In this document: piece after piece, positions 20,192 to 28,836 of the stretch | Layout of the letters: each line of letters starts with the position of its first letter | Position numbering within the stretch: position 1 is the first letter of the stretch | DNA from: Planctomycetota bacterium | Lineage (GTDB): Bacteria; Planctomycetota; UBA8108; SXIK01 | DNA: 64,000 bases | Assembly: GCA_965223265.1 (NCBI GenBank) | Contig: OZ244999.1 | Coordinates: 5,760,001-5,824,000, forward strand | Direction of reading: 5' to 3' | Program-made: the position numbers and the translations under genes | Notes under the pieces: model-generated | Databases searched by the model: none | The model's input: the letters and a program-made list of their open reading frames with translations, nothing else | What the model was told of the DNA's origin: nothing

Positions 20192-20466
20192 CTCCGCCTC
20201 TGTCTCCGTCTCTGCCTCCGCCTCTGTCTCCGCCTCTGTCTCCGCCTCTGTCTCCGCCTCTGTCTCCGTCTCTGCCTCCGCCTCTGTCTCCGTCTCTGTC
20301 TCCGCCTCTGTCTCCGTCTCTGCCTCCGCCTCTGTCTCCGTCTCTGTCTCCGTCTCTGTCTCCGCCTCTGTCTCCGTCTCTGCCTCCGCCTCTGTCTCCG
20401 TCTCTGCCTCCGCCTCTGTCTCCGTCTCTGCCTCCGCCTCTGTCTCCGTCTCTGCCTCCGCCTCCG
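20192..20466. repeat. Tandem hexamer array (CTCYGY)n, about 275 bp
   Basis: Continuous mix of CTCCGC, CTCTGT, CTCCGT and CTCTGC units; no A on the + strand. Confidence 0.95.
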
Positions 20467-20637
20467 ACCCGGCGCTCCAACCCCGCTGCGGCGCCCCACC
20501 CATGCGCAGTATAGCCTTTGTTTTTGCGTGAAGGTCCGGGAAGATGGACGACTTGAGGCGCGCGACGAGCTGTCTGCGCCGCGCGCCTCGGTTCGCCTCG
20601 ATGGTTTCCGCTCTCATCGATTCTCTGCGTCGCCACC

Positions 20638-21810
20638 ATGTCGATGTTCTGCCGCAATTCACGTTCGCTTCACGGCCCGCTCGGATTGACGTTCTTTCTC
20701 CTGCTAGTCAGCTGTGGAGAGCGTACGGAATCTCATCAGCCGCGGCCGGAGCCCACACCAACGCCCGAAGCAGTCGAGCCCTCTCCGCCAGCGCCGGAGA
20801 CGTCCACTCGACACAACGAAACGCACTCGTCACCTGGATCACCGGCGGCAGAGGGCGCCTCGGCGCGTCCGGCACAATCGCTTGTCGCGCAGCCACCGCC
20901 AGCACCACCGGGATTCACGTCGGTGGCAGCTCTCAAAGCCGCTGAACGCGACAACCCGAACCTGCTCGAAATGATCGACGTGCGCTCGTTCGTTCCAGAC
21001 TACATCAAACTCGAACGCGACGTCACATTCGCTCGCTACGAAGAACGTGAACTCAAGCTCGACCTTTACAGTCACCGAGACCAAACGCGGGCTGCACCCG
21101 GAATCATCTTCGTCCACGGAGGTGGCTGGCGCGCGGGTCGCAAAGAAGCCTACCGATTCTATTCGCTTGTCTTTGCCGCTGAAGGGTACGTCTGCGCATC
21201 CATTTCCATGCGACTCAGCGATGAGGCGACATTTCCCGCCGCGGTGCAGGATGTCAGCGCCGCCGTCCGTTGGTTGCGCAAAAACGCGGCCCAGTACAAG
21301 GTCGACCCGAACCGCATCGCGCTTGTTGGCAACTCTTCGGGAGCTCACGTTTCACTCTTGGCAGCCTATGCGTCCAGCGACCCGGAGTTCGCAAGTGGAG
21401 ACAACACCCCTGGCACTAGCGGCGCTGTGCAGGCGGTTGTCAGCTTCTATGGTCACACCGACTTGACGGCAGAGTTTGCGATGACGAACGACAACGTCGC
21501 CGCGTTTCTCGGCAAGCGTGCCGACGAAGCTCCTGAGCTCTACCGACGAGCTTCGCCGATTGTCTACGCAACGAGCAAGGCGCCGCCGACACTGCTTTTT
21601 CATGGCACCATCGACGACGACGTCCCGGTCTCCCAGTCCGATCTCTTGCGTGAACGTCTTCGAGAGCTCGGTGTCCCGTGTGTCTACGATCGCATCGAGG
21701 GCTGGCCGCATGGCCTGGACCTGATCACGCCAATCAACCGCCGGTGCCAGTGGTTCATGCGACGCTTCTTTCTCGATCACCTCGGTCCGGGGAAGTTAGG
21801 TAATGAGTGA
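20638..21810 (+). CDS. Alpha/beta hydrolase (esterase/lipase, BD-FAE-like) lipoprotein
   Basis: Lipobox LVSC, Pro-rich linker, LKLDLY, FVHGGGW, GNSSGAH nucleophile elbow, HGTIDDDV, GWPHG. Confidence 0.92.
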   Translation: MSMFCRNSRSLHGPLGLTFFLLLVSCGERTESHQPRPEPTPTPEAVEPSPPAPETSTRHNETHSSPGSPAAEGASARPAQSLVAQPPPAPPGFTSVAALKAAERDNPNLLEMIDVRSFVPDYIKLERDVTFARYEERELKLDLYSHRDQTRAAPGIIFVHGGGWRAGRKEAYRFYSLVFAAEGYVCASISMRLSDEATFPAAVQDVSAAVRWLRKNAAQYKVDPNRIALVGNSSGAHVSLLAAYASSDPEFASGDNTPGTSGAVQAVVSFYGHTDLTAEFAMTNDNVAAFLGKRADEAPELYRRASPIVYATSKAPPTLLFHGTIDDDVPVSQSDLLRERLRELGVPCVYDRIEGWPHGLDLITPINRRCQWFMRRFFLDHLGPGKLGNE

Positions 21811-21881
21811 AGTCGCCATGCACGCAAGGGTGTGAGCGTCATCCTTTGCCTCGCATCCGCAAGGAGCAACCCCACGTTCGA

Positions 21882-24800
21882 CTACCGACATGCGCTCACC
21901 GCGCATCGCTGCAGCGCGTCATCGCTGCTATCGACGCCGCACGTTGGGTGGGGTGGAGATGGCATGCGGCCGCGGCGAAATAGGTAGTTGAGTGTCAAAA
22001 GCGCGTCGCTGACATCTAGTGTCCCATCGTCATCGGCGTCCGCTGCGTCGGCGCACACAGCGCCTCGCTTGTCCCTGGCAAATAGCTCGAGTAACACACG
22101 TACTGCGTCGGTGACGTTCACCAAACCATCGCCGTTCGCGTCACCACGCAAAAAACGGTCATCTCCGATCGCTCCAGCTGCGCGCGGCGAGTGCACTCCG
22201 CCCTTGTACGCCACAAAGTCCACCTGCAGCGCCCCGGCTGCCAGCTTGTTGCTCAAGCCCAGCTCCAAGTAGGTCACATCCGTTACACGCTCGAGCCCGA
22301 GACTCTCGATGCCGGATCGGGGCAGACGAAGAATCTCCGTCAGCGAGGGATCTTCCGAGCCGTCGAGGTAGACGTTCAATTCATGTTCCCCTGACTCGCG
22401 GGTTGCACTGACCGTCACCCACACCGACTGAAATTCCGTCTCGGAGACCTCTGCCACGACGCGGTTCGCCACCCGCAGCTCGCCATCGGATAGCGCGCAC
22501 GTCAATTGCCGGCGTCGACCCACCTCCGGGCTGTAGACCGTCACACCGACTTGCCCTTTTCCGCGCGACGGTGACTGGCTCAGAGGGCCATCGACATCTC
22601 GAGGACTCGGATGCACCCGGAAGCGCGTGAGAAATGTTACGCCGTCCCCGTCGACAAATTCGTTTCGCAGCGTCACCTCACGCAAGAAGAACAGCGTCGA
22701 GTTCGTGTTCGACACGAACGTGGCTCCTGTTGGATCGCCGGGGTCCTCCAGCGACAAAACGCTCGCCTCGCCACCGCCTTCGCTGCCACCGTCCACAGTT
22801 TCAATCTGCACTCCACCAGGGAGTCCACCTTCCTCTCCTGGACGACTGCCGTCCCAAAAATCGGTCAAAAGCGACCGACGCCATGTGCCATCGAGCGCTC
22901 CACGGTAGAGCTTGCGCTCGCTATACTGCGATTCCCCCGGCTCGGCGTCGTAGACGTAGTCGAAACCGCCGACGGGCGGCGCCCAACCGCCAAAGCTCGA
23001 CGGCTCCACTTGCGCGACCACGGAATTCGACGGCGGTGACTCCAGACCCGCGGTGTTTACAGCGATCACTTGATACTCATGCCTAATTCCCGGCGTCGTG
23101 CGATCAACGTAGCGCAATCGTTGGGCGCTCGTCTGCGCGACCTCGGCGCCATCGCGCAGCACGCGGTAGTGCAAGATCTCGCCCTCCAGGTCTATCGACG
23201 GCTCCCATACTAGGTGTACGCCGCGCGACGTCGAAGCGGACAGACGAAGAGGGCCAGGAGTCAGGGGCGCAGTGGTATCACGCTCGCCGACACTGAACTG
23301 CGTGGGTTCAGAGAAAAAACCCCAGCGCCCCGTCGCATCGCGATAGCGAACGCGGTACGCGTAGCTTCTGCCGACTGCGAGCAGCGGCGTGAAGTCACCG
23401 GAAGGGGTCTCATCTTCCGATGCCTCACGTCGCACCGGCGCCGATTCCAAAAACTCGCTCGTGCGCAGCTCCCAGCGCGGCGACGACCACTCACCGTTCG
23501 ACTCGATCAAGAGCCAGTGCGACTCTGCATGTGCGTCGCCGTCGGCGTCGAAATACGCGTTCGCGTTCAGCTCCACGTCCTCTTCGCTTCCAACGACCTC
23601 ACCCTCTAGCGGAGAGACATTCTGCGGCGCTCGCGGGATACTGGGATCCAGTACATCGGCCAGTAAGTCGACCCGCCGCCGAGCGATCCAGTCCTTCAGT
23701 TCCTCGACGTTGCTCGAGATTGGAGTGTAACGGCCGCACTGCGGCGCGACAAAACCAGGCAGCGACGACACACAATCCGGACCGTGGTTCCAGCGATCGC
23801 GCTCCGCAGTCGCAAGATCGCCAACCAGCTCGGCCCAGCCGTCGATCGTGCGCTCCAAGACCTCGGCGCGATACACCGTCTGCAACAGAAACCGCTTCGT
23901 GGCCTCGAACTCCAACGGATACTGAGGCGTCACACGTGGCCGTAGCGGTTCCGTTCCCTGACCACCTCGATTGCCAAAAGTGTTGTCCAGGTCCCACGGC
24001 AGAACCTCCCACAGCCCCGTTCCTGCGTTGTGGTAGTAATAGAAGTTGTGAAAACTCAAATCGCTGTGCTCAGTGAGATCAACGCAAGCGACGAAGCGTA
24101 GGTACCTATCGACATCGAGGTTCTCTTCGAACCACTCGCGCGTGCTAATGTTCTCAACGCCGTCGATAAAGGCGTTGACGTCTTCAAGCGAGTCTGTGCA
24201 ATCGGGGTGCTTCTTCTCGGGCGGGCCGTCGATGTTGTAGATAGCTGTCGATTCGTCGTCGATGACATGTCCGATGCGATCGAAGAAGCTGACGTCAAGT
24301 CGCTCGACATTGAGATAGACACCGAAGAAGTCTCCATCGAACTGAGAGGCTTCGTTCGCCGACCGGATCACACGCATCTGCGTGAACACCGGAATGCCCG
24401 CGGAGACTCCGGCGTCACGGAACACCTTCCACGCCAGAGCTTCGTAGATGCCACCGTCTCCGCGTGAAGACTCCGTTTGTACCCCGTTGAGCATCAAGTG
24501 ACGACGCGCCCCGGGAAACAGAGAGCCGTCATTGAATCGTCGCCGGACAGGGTTGCCCTTGTTGAAGCGGAGCTTCCAGCTCCGCTTCGGCCAGCGGTAG
24601 CGGTTGACGCCGCCACGCGCGCGCGCGTCGACATGGTCGTAGAAGTCGCTCTCGACGTGACCGTCCACAGGGTCGACCCAGTAGTACACCACCGTCACCT
24701 TCCATGGATAGGTGCTACCACCATGAAGCGCATACTGCAGAGCCTCGATGTCCTCCGCACTGCCAATCACCTGCAATGTCGGCAGGCCCTCAACTCCCGG

Positions 24801-26492
24801 ATGCATAAAACCTGGAGAGCCGAACTCACTCTGTTCACTCGCGACGTAGGGCGGAATTCCGTCATACACTAGATAGCCGACATTCGGCTCGGGATCTTCG
24901 CGTCGCGGATAAGCACGCACCATCGCTGACGCCCCCGCCTCCTGCGCGCGCAGCCGATACCGCACGACCGTGCGATGATCAGCAGACGGCAGCACCGCCT
25001 CCCACCTCCCGCGCTGCAGCGAAAAGCCCATTTCCAGGGCCGTCCATTCGGTCTCATACGCCGGATCGCTCAATCGTATGTAGCTCCCAGGCAAGAGCAC
25101 TTGGTATTCGACGATCACACGCTCGATTGCCGCGCCGTCAGCATCCCACACGCGAGCGTGCACCAGCACTTCGTCCCCCGACGCCACGTTTGTACGCGAC
25201 GGTGCTCCTGGAGCCAAAACAGGAACGTGACCTACGTCGTCGAAGAGCGGCGCCAAACTCTCACCGTTCGCCCGCCAGTCGCGCGTCGCGCTGTTCTCTC
25301 CGCCCGGCGTGCCACGAAAGTCCTCGCTTTCCTGCCAGCTCCAGCCCGAATCGTTGTCCACCGTCGATGCCACGAGCTCGAGGGAGCCGCGAATTCCATC
25401 GGGGTTGATCGGCCAGGGCAGACGATCGTCGTATTCCACGAAGTCGACGATTTCACCGACGGCGTCTACGAGCATGAGCTCTTCTCCGCCGTCGTCCAGC
25501 CGGCGAGTGTACGGGCCGTGCACCACGGCCGGATCAACTTCTGGAAAACGCGCAGCAAACTCTCCCACGTCCTTCGCCAGCACCACGTAACCACCGGCGG
25601 CAATCTCACTACCCGCATCAAAGACAAACTCGAAACCACGCGTGAAAGACCAGCCGCTGAGATCCACCGCCGTCGAGCCGCGGTTGTGGATCTCCACGAA
25701 CTCCTGGCTTTCACAGTGCCGCAGCGGATCCACCTCCGCCTCACGTACGGGGTTGTACGCGATCTCATTGATCACAACCACATGGCGCGGCGCGATCGTT
25801 CCTGCGCTGCTGTTCGCACGGCCTGGAGTACCGGGTCGCGCGCTCTGCGAACTCGCCGCGAAGTTTGTGAAGTCGTCGACCGCTATCGCGCTGCTGTCGA
25901 TACGCTCGAGCGTCGCCCCTTCGCCATCCGCCGACTCAGGCCATGGAGAGTTGTCGTTGTATGCCACGCGGTCGATCAGTTGCCCCGAGGCGCTGAACAC
26001 TCGCACCTCGTCGCCGGAATTCGAAAGACCAAAACCTACGTCACCGACGATCGCAAAACCATCGCCGTAGACGCGGCGCAATGCGGAGGAGTTTCGAGCC
26101 AACACCAAGTAGTCGCCGGCTGCGATCTCTGTTCCCGCAGGAATCACGAACGCATTTCCGTCCTGCTCGTCCTTCACCACCCAGCCGCCAACCGACACCG
26201 TAAAATCTCCGACGTTCGCAAACTCCAGGAACTCCAGTTCTGCGTCACGGCCCAAAACAGCTGGAGGGTTGTACGAGATCTCGTTCAGCACGATCGACTC
26301 GGCGCTCTGCGCTGCCAGCGGCATCGAGGGCAAGCCAAGACAAACGAGAAGGCAAACGTCCGCGCGCAGTTTCCACGGACGTCGAGAAGATGATGGGCGC
26401 ATCGGTGAGGCCAAGCTCCTAGACCAAGCTCTGCGCAGTCTCTGACCCGAATCGCTAAGATCGATTGTTGATCTGCTGAGGGATCCGGTCAA
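21882..26492 (-). CDS. Secreted multidomain protein: two lamin-tail domains, CotH kinase, FN3 and a C-terminal dockerin-like domain
   Basis: IVLNEISYNP and VVINEIAYNP (LTD); KRSWKLRFNKG, FFGVYLNVE, HNFYYYH, LPWDLDNTFG (CotH); YEYQVIAVNTAGLES-like FN3; FLRGDANGDGLVNVTDA. Likely start is ATG 26402. Confidence 0.88.
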   Translation of the reverse strand: MTGSLSRSTIDLSDSGQRLRRAWSRSLASPMRPSSSRRPWKLRADVCLLVCLGLPSMPLAAQSAESIVLNEISYNPPAVLGRDAELEFLEFANVGDFTVSVGGWVVKDEQDGNAFVIPAGTEIAAGDYLVLARNSSALRRVYGDGFAIVGDVGFGLSNSGDEVRVFSASGQLIDRVAYNDNSPWPESADGEGATLERIDSSAIAVDDFTNFAASSQSARPGTPGRANSSAGTIAPRHVVVINEIAYNPVREAEVDPLRHCESQEFVEIHNRGSTAVDLSGWSFTRGFEFVFDAGSEIAAGGYVVLAKDVGEFAARFPEVDPAVVHGPYTRRLDDGGEELMLVDAVGEIVDFVEYDDRLPWPINPDGIRGSLELVASTVDNDSGWSWQESEDFRGTPGGENSATRDWRANGESLAPLFDDVGHVPVLAPGAPSRTNVASGDEVLVHARVWDADGAAIERVIVEYQVLLPGSYIRLSDPAYETEWTALEMGFSLQRGRWEAVLPSADHRTVVRYRLRAQEAGASAMVRAYPRREDPEPNVGYLVYDGIPPYVASEQSEFGSPGFMHPGVEGLPTLQVIGSAEDIEALQYALHGGSTYPWKVTVVYYWVDPVDGHVESDFYDHVDARARGGVNRYRWPKRSWKLRFNKGNPVRRRFNDGSLFPGARRHLMLNGVQTESSRGDGGIYEALAWKVFRDAGVSAGIPVFTQMRVIRSANEASQFDGDFFGVYLNVERLDVSFFDRIGHVIDDESTAIYNIDGPPEKKHPDCTDSLEDVNAFIDGVENISTREWFEENLDVDRYLRFVACVDLTEHSDLSFHNFYYYHNAGTGLWEVLPWDLDNTFGNRGGQGTEPLRPRVTPQYPLEFEATKRFLLQTVYRAEVLERTIDGWAELVGDLATAERDRWNHGPDCVSSLPGFVAPQCGRYTPISSNVEELKDWIARRRVDLLADVLDPSIPRAPQNVSPLEGEVVGSEEDVELNANAYFDADGDAHAESHWLLIESNGEWSSPRWELRTSEFLESAPVRREASEDETPSGDFTPLLAVGRSYAYRVRYRDATGRWGFFSEPTQFSVGERDTTAPLTPGPLRLSASTSRGVHLVWEPSIDLEGEILHYRVLRDGAEVAQTSAQRLRYVDRTTPGIRHEYQVIAVNTAGLESPPSNSVVAQVEPSSFGGWAPPVGGFDYVYDAEPGESQYSERKLYRGALDGTWRRSLLTDFWDGSRPGEEGGLPGGVQIETVDGGSEGGGEASVLSLEDPGDPTGATFVSNTNSTLFFLREVTLRNEFVDGDGVTFLTRFRVHPSPRDVDGPLSQSPSRGKGQVGVTVYSPEVGRRRQLTCALSDGELRVANRVVAEVSETEFQSVWVTVSATRESGEHELNVYLDGSEDPSLTEILRLPRSGIESLGLERVTDVTYLELGLSNKLAAGALQVDFVAYKGGVHSPRAAGAIGDDRFLRGDANGDGLVNVTDAVRVLLELFARDKRGAVCADAADADDDGTLDVSDALLTLNYLFRRGRMPSPPHPTCGVDSSDDALQRCAVSACR

Positions 26493-26600
26493 GCGGAATG
26501 GCCAATGTGGCGCCTTGACGATCTCCGCGGTGCTGCCGTAGGCTTGCTACAAGTCCGCGAACTCGCGCGAGGAAAAATCGCGCCGCGAGAGAGGATAACG

Positions 26601-27989
26601 ATGATCACAATCCTGGGACCCGAAGCGCGGAAGTTTTGCGATGGCCTGACGCGACGCAGCTTCATTCGCATTGGGGCTCTCGGTCTCGGCGGCGCGTCGC
26701 TTCCGCAGCTGCTGGAGGCTGCAGCGGGGCCGGGTAAGAGCGGCGGAAAGTCGGTGATCATGATCTATTTGCCGGGTGGGCCGCCGCACCAGGATACCTT
26801 CGACCTCAAACCCGAAGCACCTGCGGAGATTCGTGGTTCGTTCCAGCCGATCGAAACGAATGTACCTGGAGTGCGCATCTGCGAGCTGCTCCCCCAACTC
26901 GCACGCATCACCGATAAGCTCGCAATCATTCGTTCGTTGGTGGGTGCCAAGGATCGTCACGAGTCATTTCAGTGTTACACTGGGCGATTGGCAGGACGGC
27001 CAGGGGACATCGAACCCGCCGGAGGCTGGCCGACTCTCGGATCGGTGGTCTCCGCGACGCTCGGCGGTCGGCGTGGTATGCCATCGTACGTCGACGCCGC
27101 ACCGCGTATGGGATACGGCCCATACAACAACACTGGGCTCCACGATGCGAGTGCGGTGAGCTCGTGGCCAGGATTCCTTGGCGCAGCTCACACACCGTTT
27201 CGCCTCGAAGGTGACGGCCGCGAGGATCTGGTGCTCAACGGAATCTCTAACGATCGCCTCACAAAGCGCCGCACTCTCCTCGCTCACTTCGATCGCTTCC
27301 GCCGCGCGGTCGACGAGGATGCGAGCCGGGATGGATTCGATGCGTTTCGCGAACAAGCTTTCGGCATCTTAACGTCGAGTCGACTAGCGGAGGCCCTCGA
27401 CCTCGAAAGAGAGCCCGCGAACGTTCGCGAACGCTACGGCGTCGGTGGTCCGACGACGGCCAGCTTCGGCGGCGCACCGAAGAGCCCTCAGCATCTGCTG
27501 CTGGCTCGACGACTCGTAGAGGCGGGGGTCCGCTGCGTTACCGTAGCGTTCGGCGCTTGGGATTGGCACGCGAACCGAGGTGGCCCACTCGTTCAGCTCG
27601 CCAAAGAAGATCTGCCAATGTTCGACCACGCCATCGCGACGCTCATCGACGACCTCGACCAGCGTGGTCTGCTCGACGACGTGAGCGTGGTTGTGTGGGG
27701 CGAGTTCGGACGCACACCGCGGATCAACGCCAAAGGAGGTCGCGATCACTGGCCGCGCGTTGCCACTGCGCTGCTCGCCGGCGGCGGAATGAGGTGCGGA
27801 CAAGTCATCGGCGCGACGGATGCACACGCCGGCGAAGCGACCAAAAGGCCTGTCCACTTCCAAGAAGTCTTTGCGACGCTGTACCACAACTTGGGTATCG
27901 ATGTGCGCACGACAACGGTGCGCGATCTCAACGGCAGACCCCACTATTTGGTCGATGCGGGGCGGCGCCCGATCGAGGAGTTGCTGTAG
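26601..27989 (+). CDS. DUF1501 domain protein (Tat signal)
   Basis: MITILG..FCDGLTRRSF, SVIMIYLPGGPPHQDTFDLKP, LLARRLVEAGVRCVT, WDWH, WGEFGRTP, GRDHWP; start refined using RBS GAGGA. Confidence 0.95.
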   Translation: MITILGPEARKFCDGLTRRSFIRIGALGLGGASLPQLLEAAAGPGKSGGKSVIMIYLPGGPPHQDTFDLKPEAPAEIRGSFQPIETNVPGVRICELLPQLARITDKLAIIRSLVGAKDRHESFQCYTGRLAGRPGDIEPAGGWPTLGSVVSATLGGRRGMPSYVDAAPRMGYGPYNNTGLHDASAVSSWPGFLGAAHTPFRLEGDGREDLVLNGISNDRLTKRRTLLAHFDRFRRAVDEDASRDGFDAFREQAFGILTSSRLAEALDLEREPANVRERYGVGGPTTASFGGAPKSPQHLLLARRLVEAGVRCVTVAFGAWDWHANRGGPLVQLAKEDLPMFDHAIATLIDDLDQRGLLDDVSVVVWGEFGRTPRINAKGGRDHWPRVATALLAGGGMRCGQVIGATDAHAGEATKRPVHFQEVFATLYHNLGIDVRTTTVRDLNGRPHYLVDAGRRPIEELL

Positions 27990-28044
27990 CTACCCTTGGA
28001 AGGGCAACGCACTCGCCGAGAGAGTGGCACGCGAGTCGCCCAAG

Positions 28045-28545
28045 CTAGTGTTTCAGGAGCGCCTTGCCCTCGATCGGGGTGCTCGACGGCCCGGCGAGGC
28101 CGGTGCGACTTTCGCGAATGACCCCCGATGCGTCAACGTAAAAGTAGCGATCTCCGGTCACACCGAACTCATTCGGCACAGCGAAAACTCGCCACGGAAT
28201 ACCCGAGATAGAACTGATCAAGAACGAATACCCCGCTTTACCGCCGACGTTGGGTGCCCCTTCGTACGGCGGGTACACCTCACCCAAGTATCCATCCAGG
28301 CTGCCGCTCGACCGCAGTGACTTCCACGCCATCGGATAGGTGCCGAATCTGGACCGATACAGGCTCATGACCGACGCGATCGTCTTCAAGTTGGCGATCG
28401 CAGCCCCTTCGTTCGCGGACTTACGCGCTTGCTGAAGACTTGGAACTGCGAGTGATGCAACGATGGCTATGACCGAAGTCGTGATCGCCATCTCGATCAG
28501 AGTAAAACCGCGAGCCGAAGATTGACCACGTCGCTGCTTGTTCAA
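28045..28545 (-). CDS. Type IV pilin / pseudopilin-like protein
   Basis: Prepilin peptidase site RG-FTLIEM, hydrophobic helix, ARKSANEGAAIANLKTI, GVTGDRYFYVDASGVIR; strong RBS AAGGAGGAGG. Confidence 0.9.
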   Translation of the reverse strand: MNKQRRGQSSARGFTLIEMAITTSVIAIVASLAVPSLQQARKSANEGAAIANLKTIASVMSLYRSRFGTYPMAWKSLRSSGSLDGYLGEVYPPYEGAPNVGGKAGYSFLISSISGIPWRVFAVPNEFGVTGDRYFYVDASGVIRESRTGLAGPSSTPIEGKALLKH

Positions 28546-28574
28546 GTCCTCCTCCTTTCACACACGAGACTCGG

Positions 28575-28590
28575 TGCAATTTCAATGCCA
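28575..28590 (-). promoter_or_regulatory. Sigma-54 (-24/-12) promoter upstream of the pilin gene
   Basis: Minus strand TGGCATTGAAATTGCA matches TGGCAC-N5-TTGCW with one mismatch and correct GG-N10-GC spacing, 30 bp upstream of the start. Confidence 0.75.
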
Positions 28591-28836
28591 AATGACACCG
28601 TACAGTCAAGAACCGTTACGTAACCGCGAGTTAGCGCACGCCAAGCTTTTGACCTCGACGCGAAGGATCGAACAGAACTTGGACACGTCGCCCCTGGCGC
28701 GTCCGGGTGACGGCAACGGGCTGAGAGCGTGACCGATTTGGCTGGCCGAGTGCGTTCCCAACTCTTACTCTGGACGGCTTGCCTCGCGGCCCTTGTATGC
28801 CCAGTTCAACATATACTCTCAAGCGATTCTGACTTC

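Noticed and set aside
20192-20466. Possible CRISPR array
   Set aside because: Contiguous hexamers with no unique spacers, and no cas genes in the window.
20132-20689. Overlapping low-complexity ORFs (poly-LCLR, poly-EAET, poly-RRRQ, poly-GGDR)
   Set aside because: They arise because the hexamer array lacks stop codons in every frame; none has a convincing start or a protein-like flank.
24975-26393. 472-aa plus-strand ORF
   Set aside because: Antisense shadow of the LTD/CotH gene; Arg/His-rich with no motifs.
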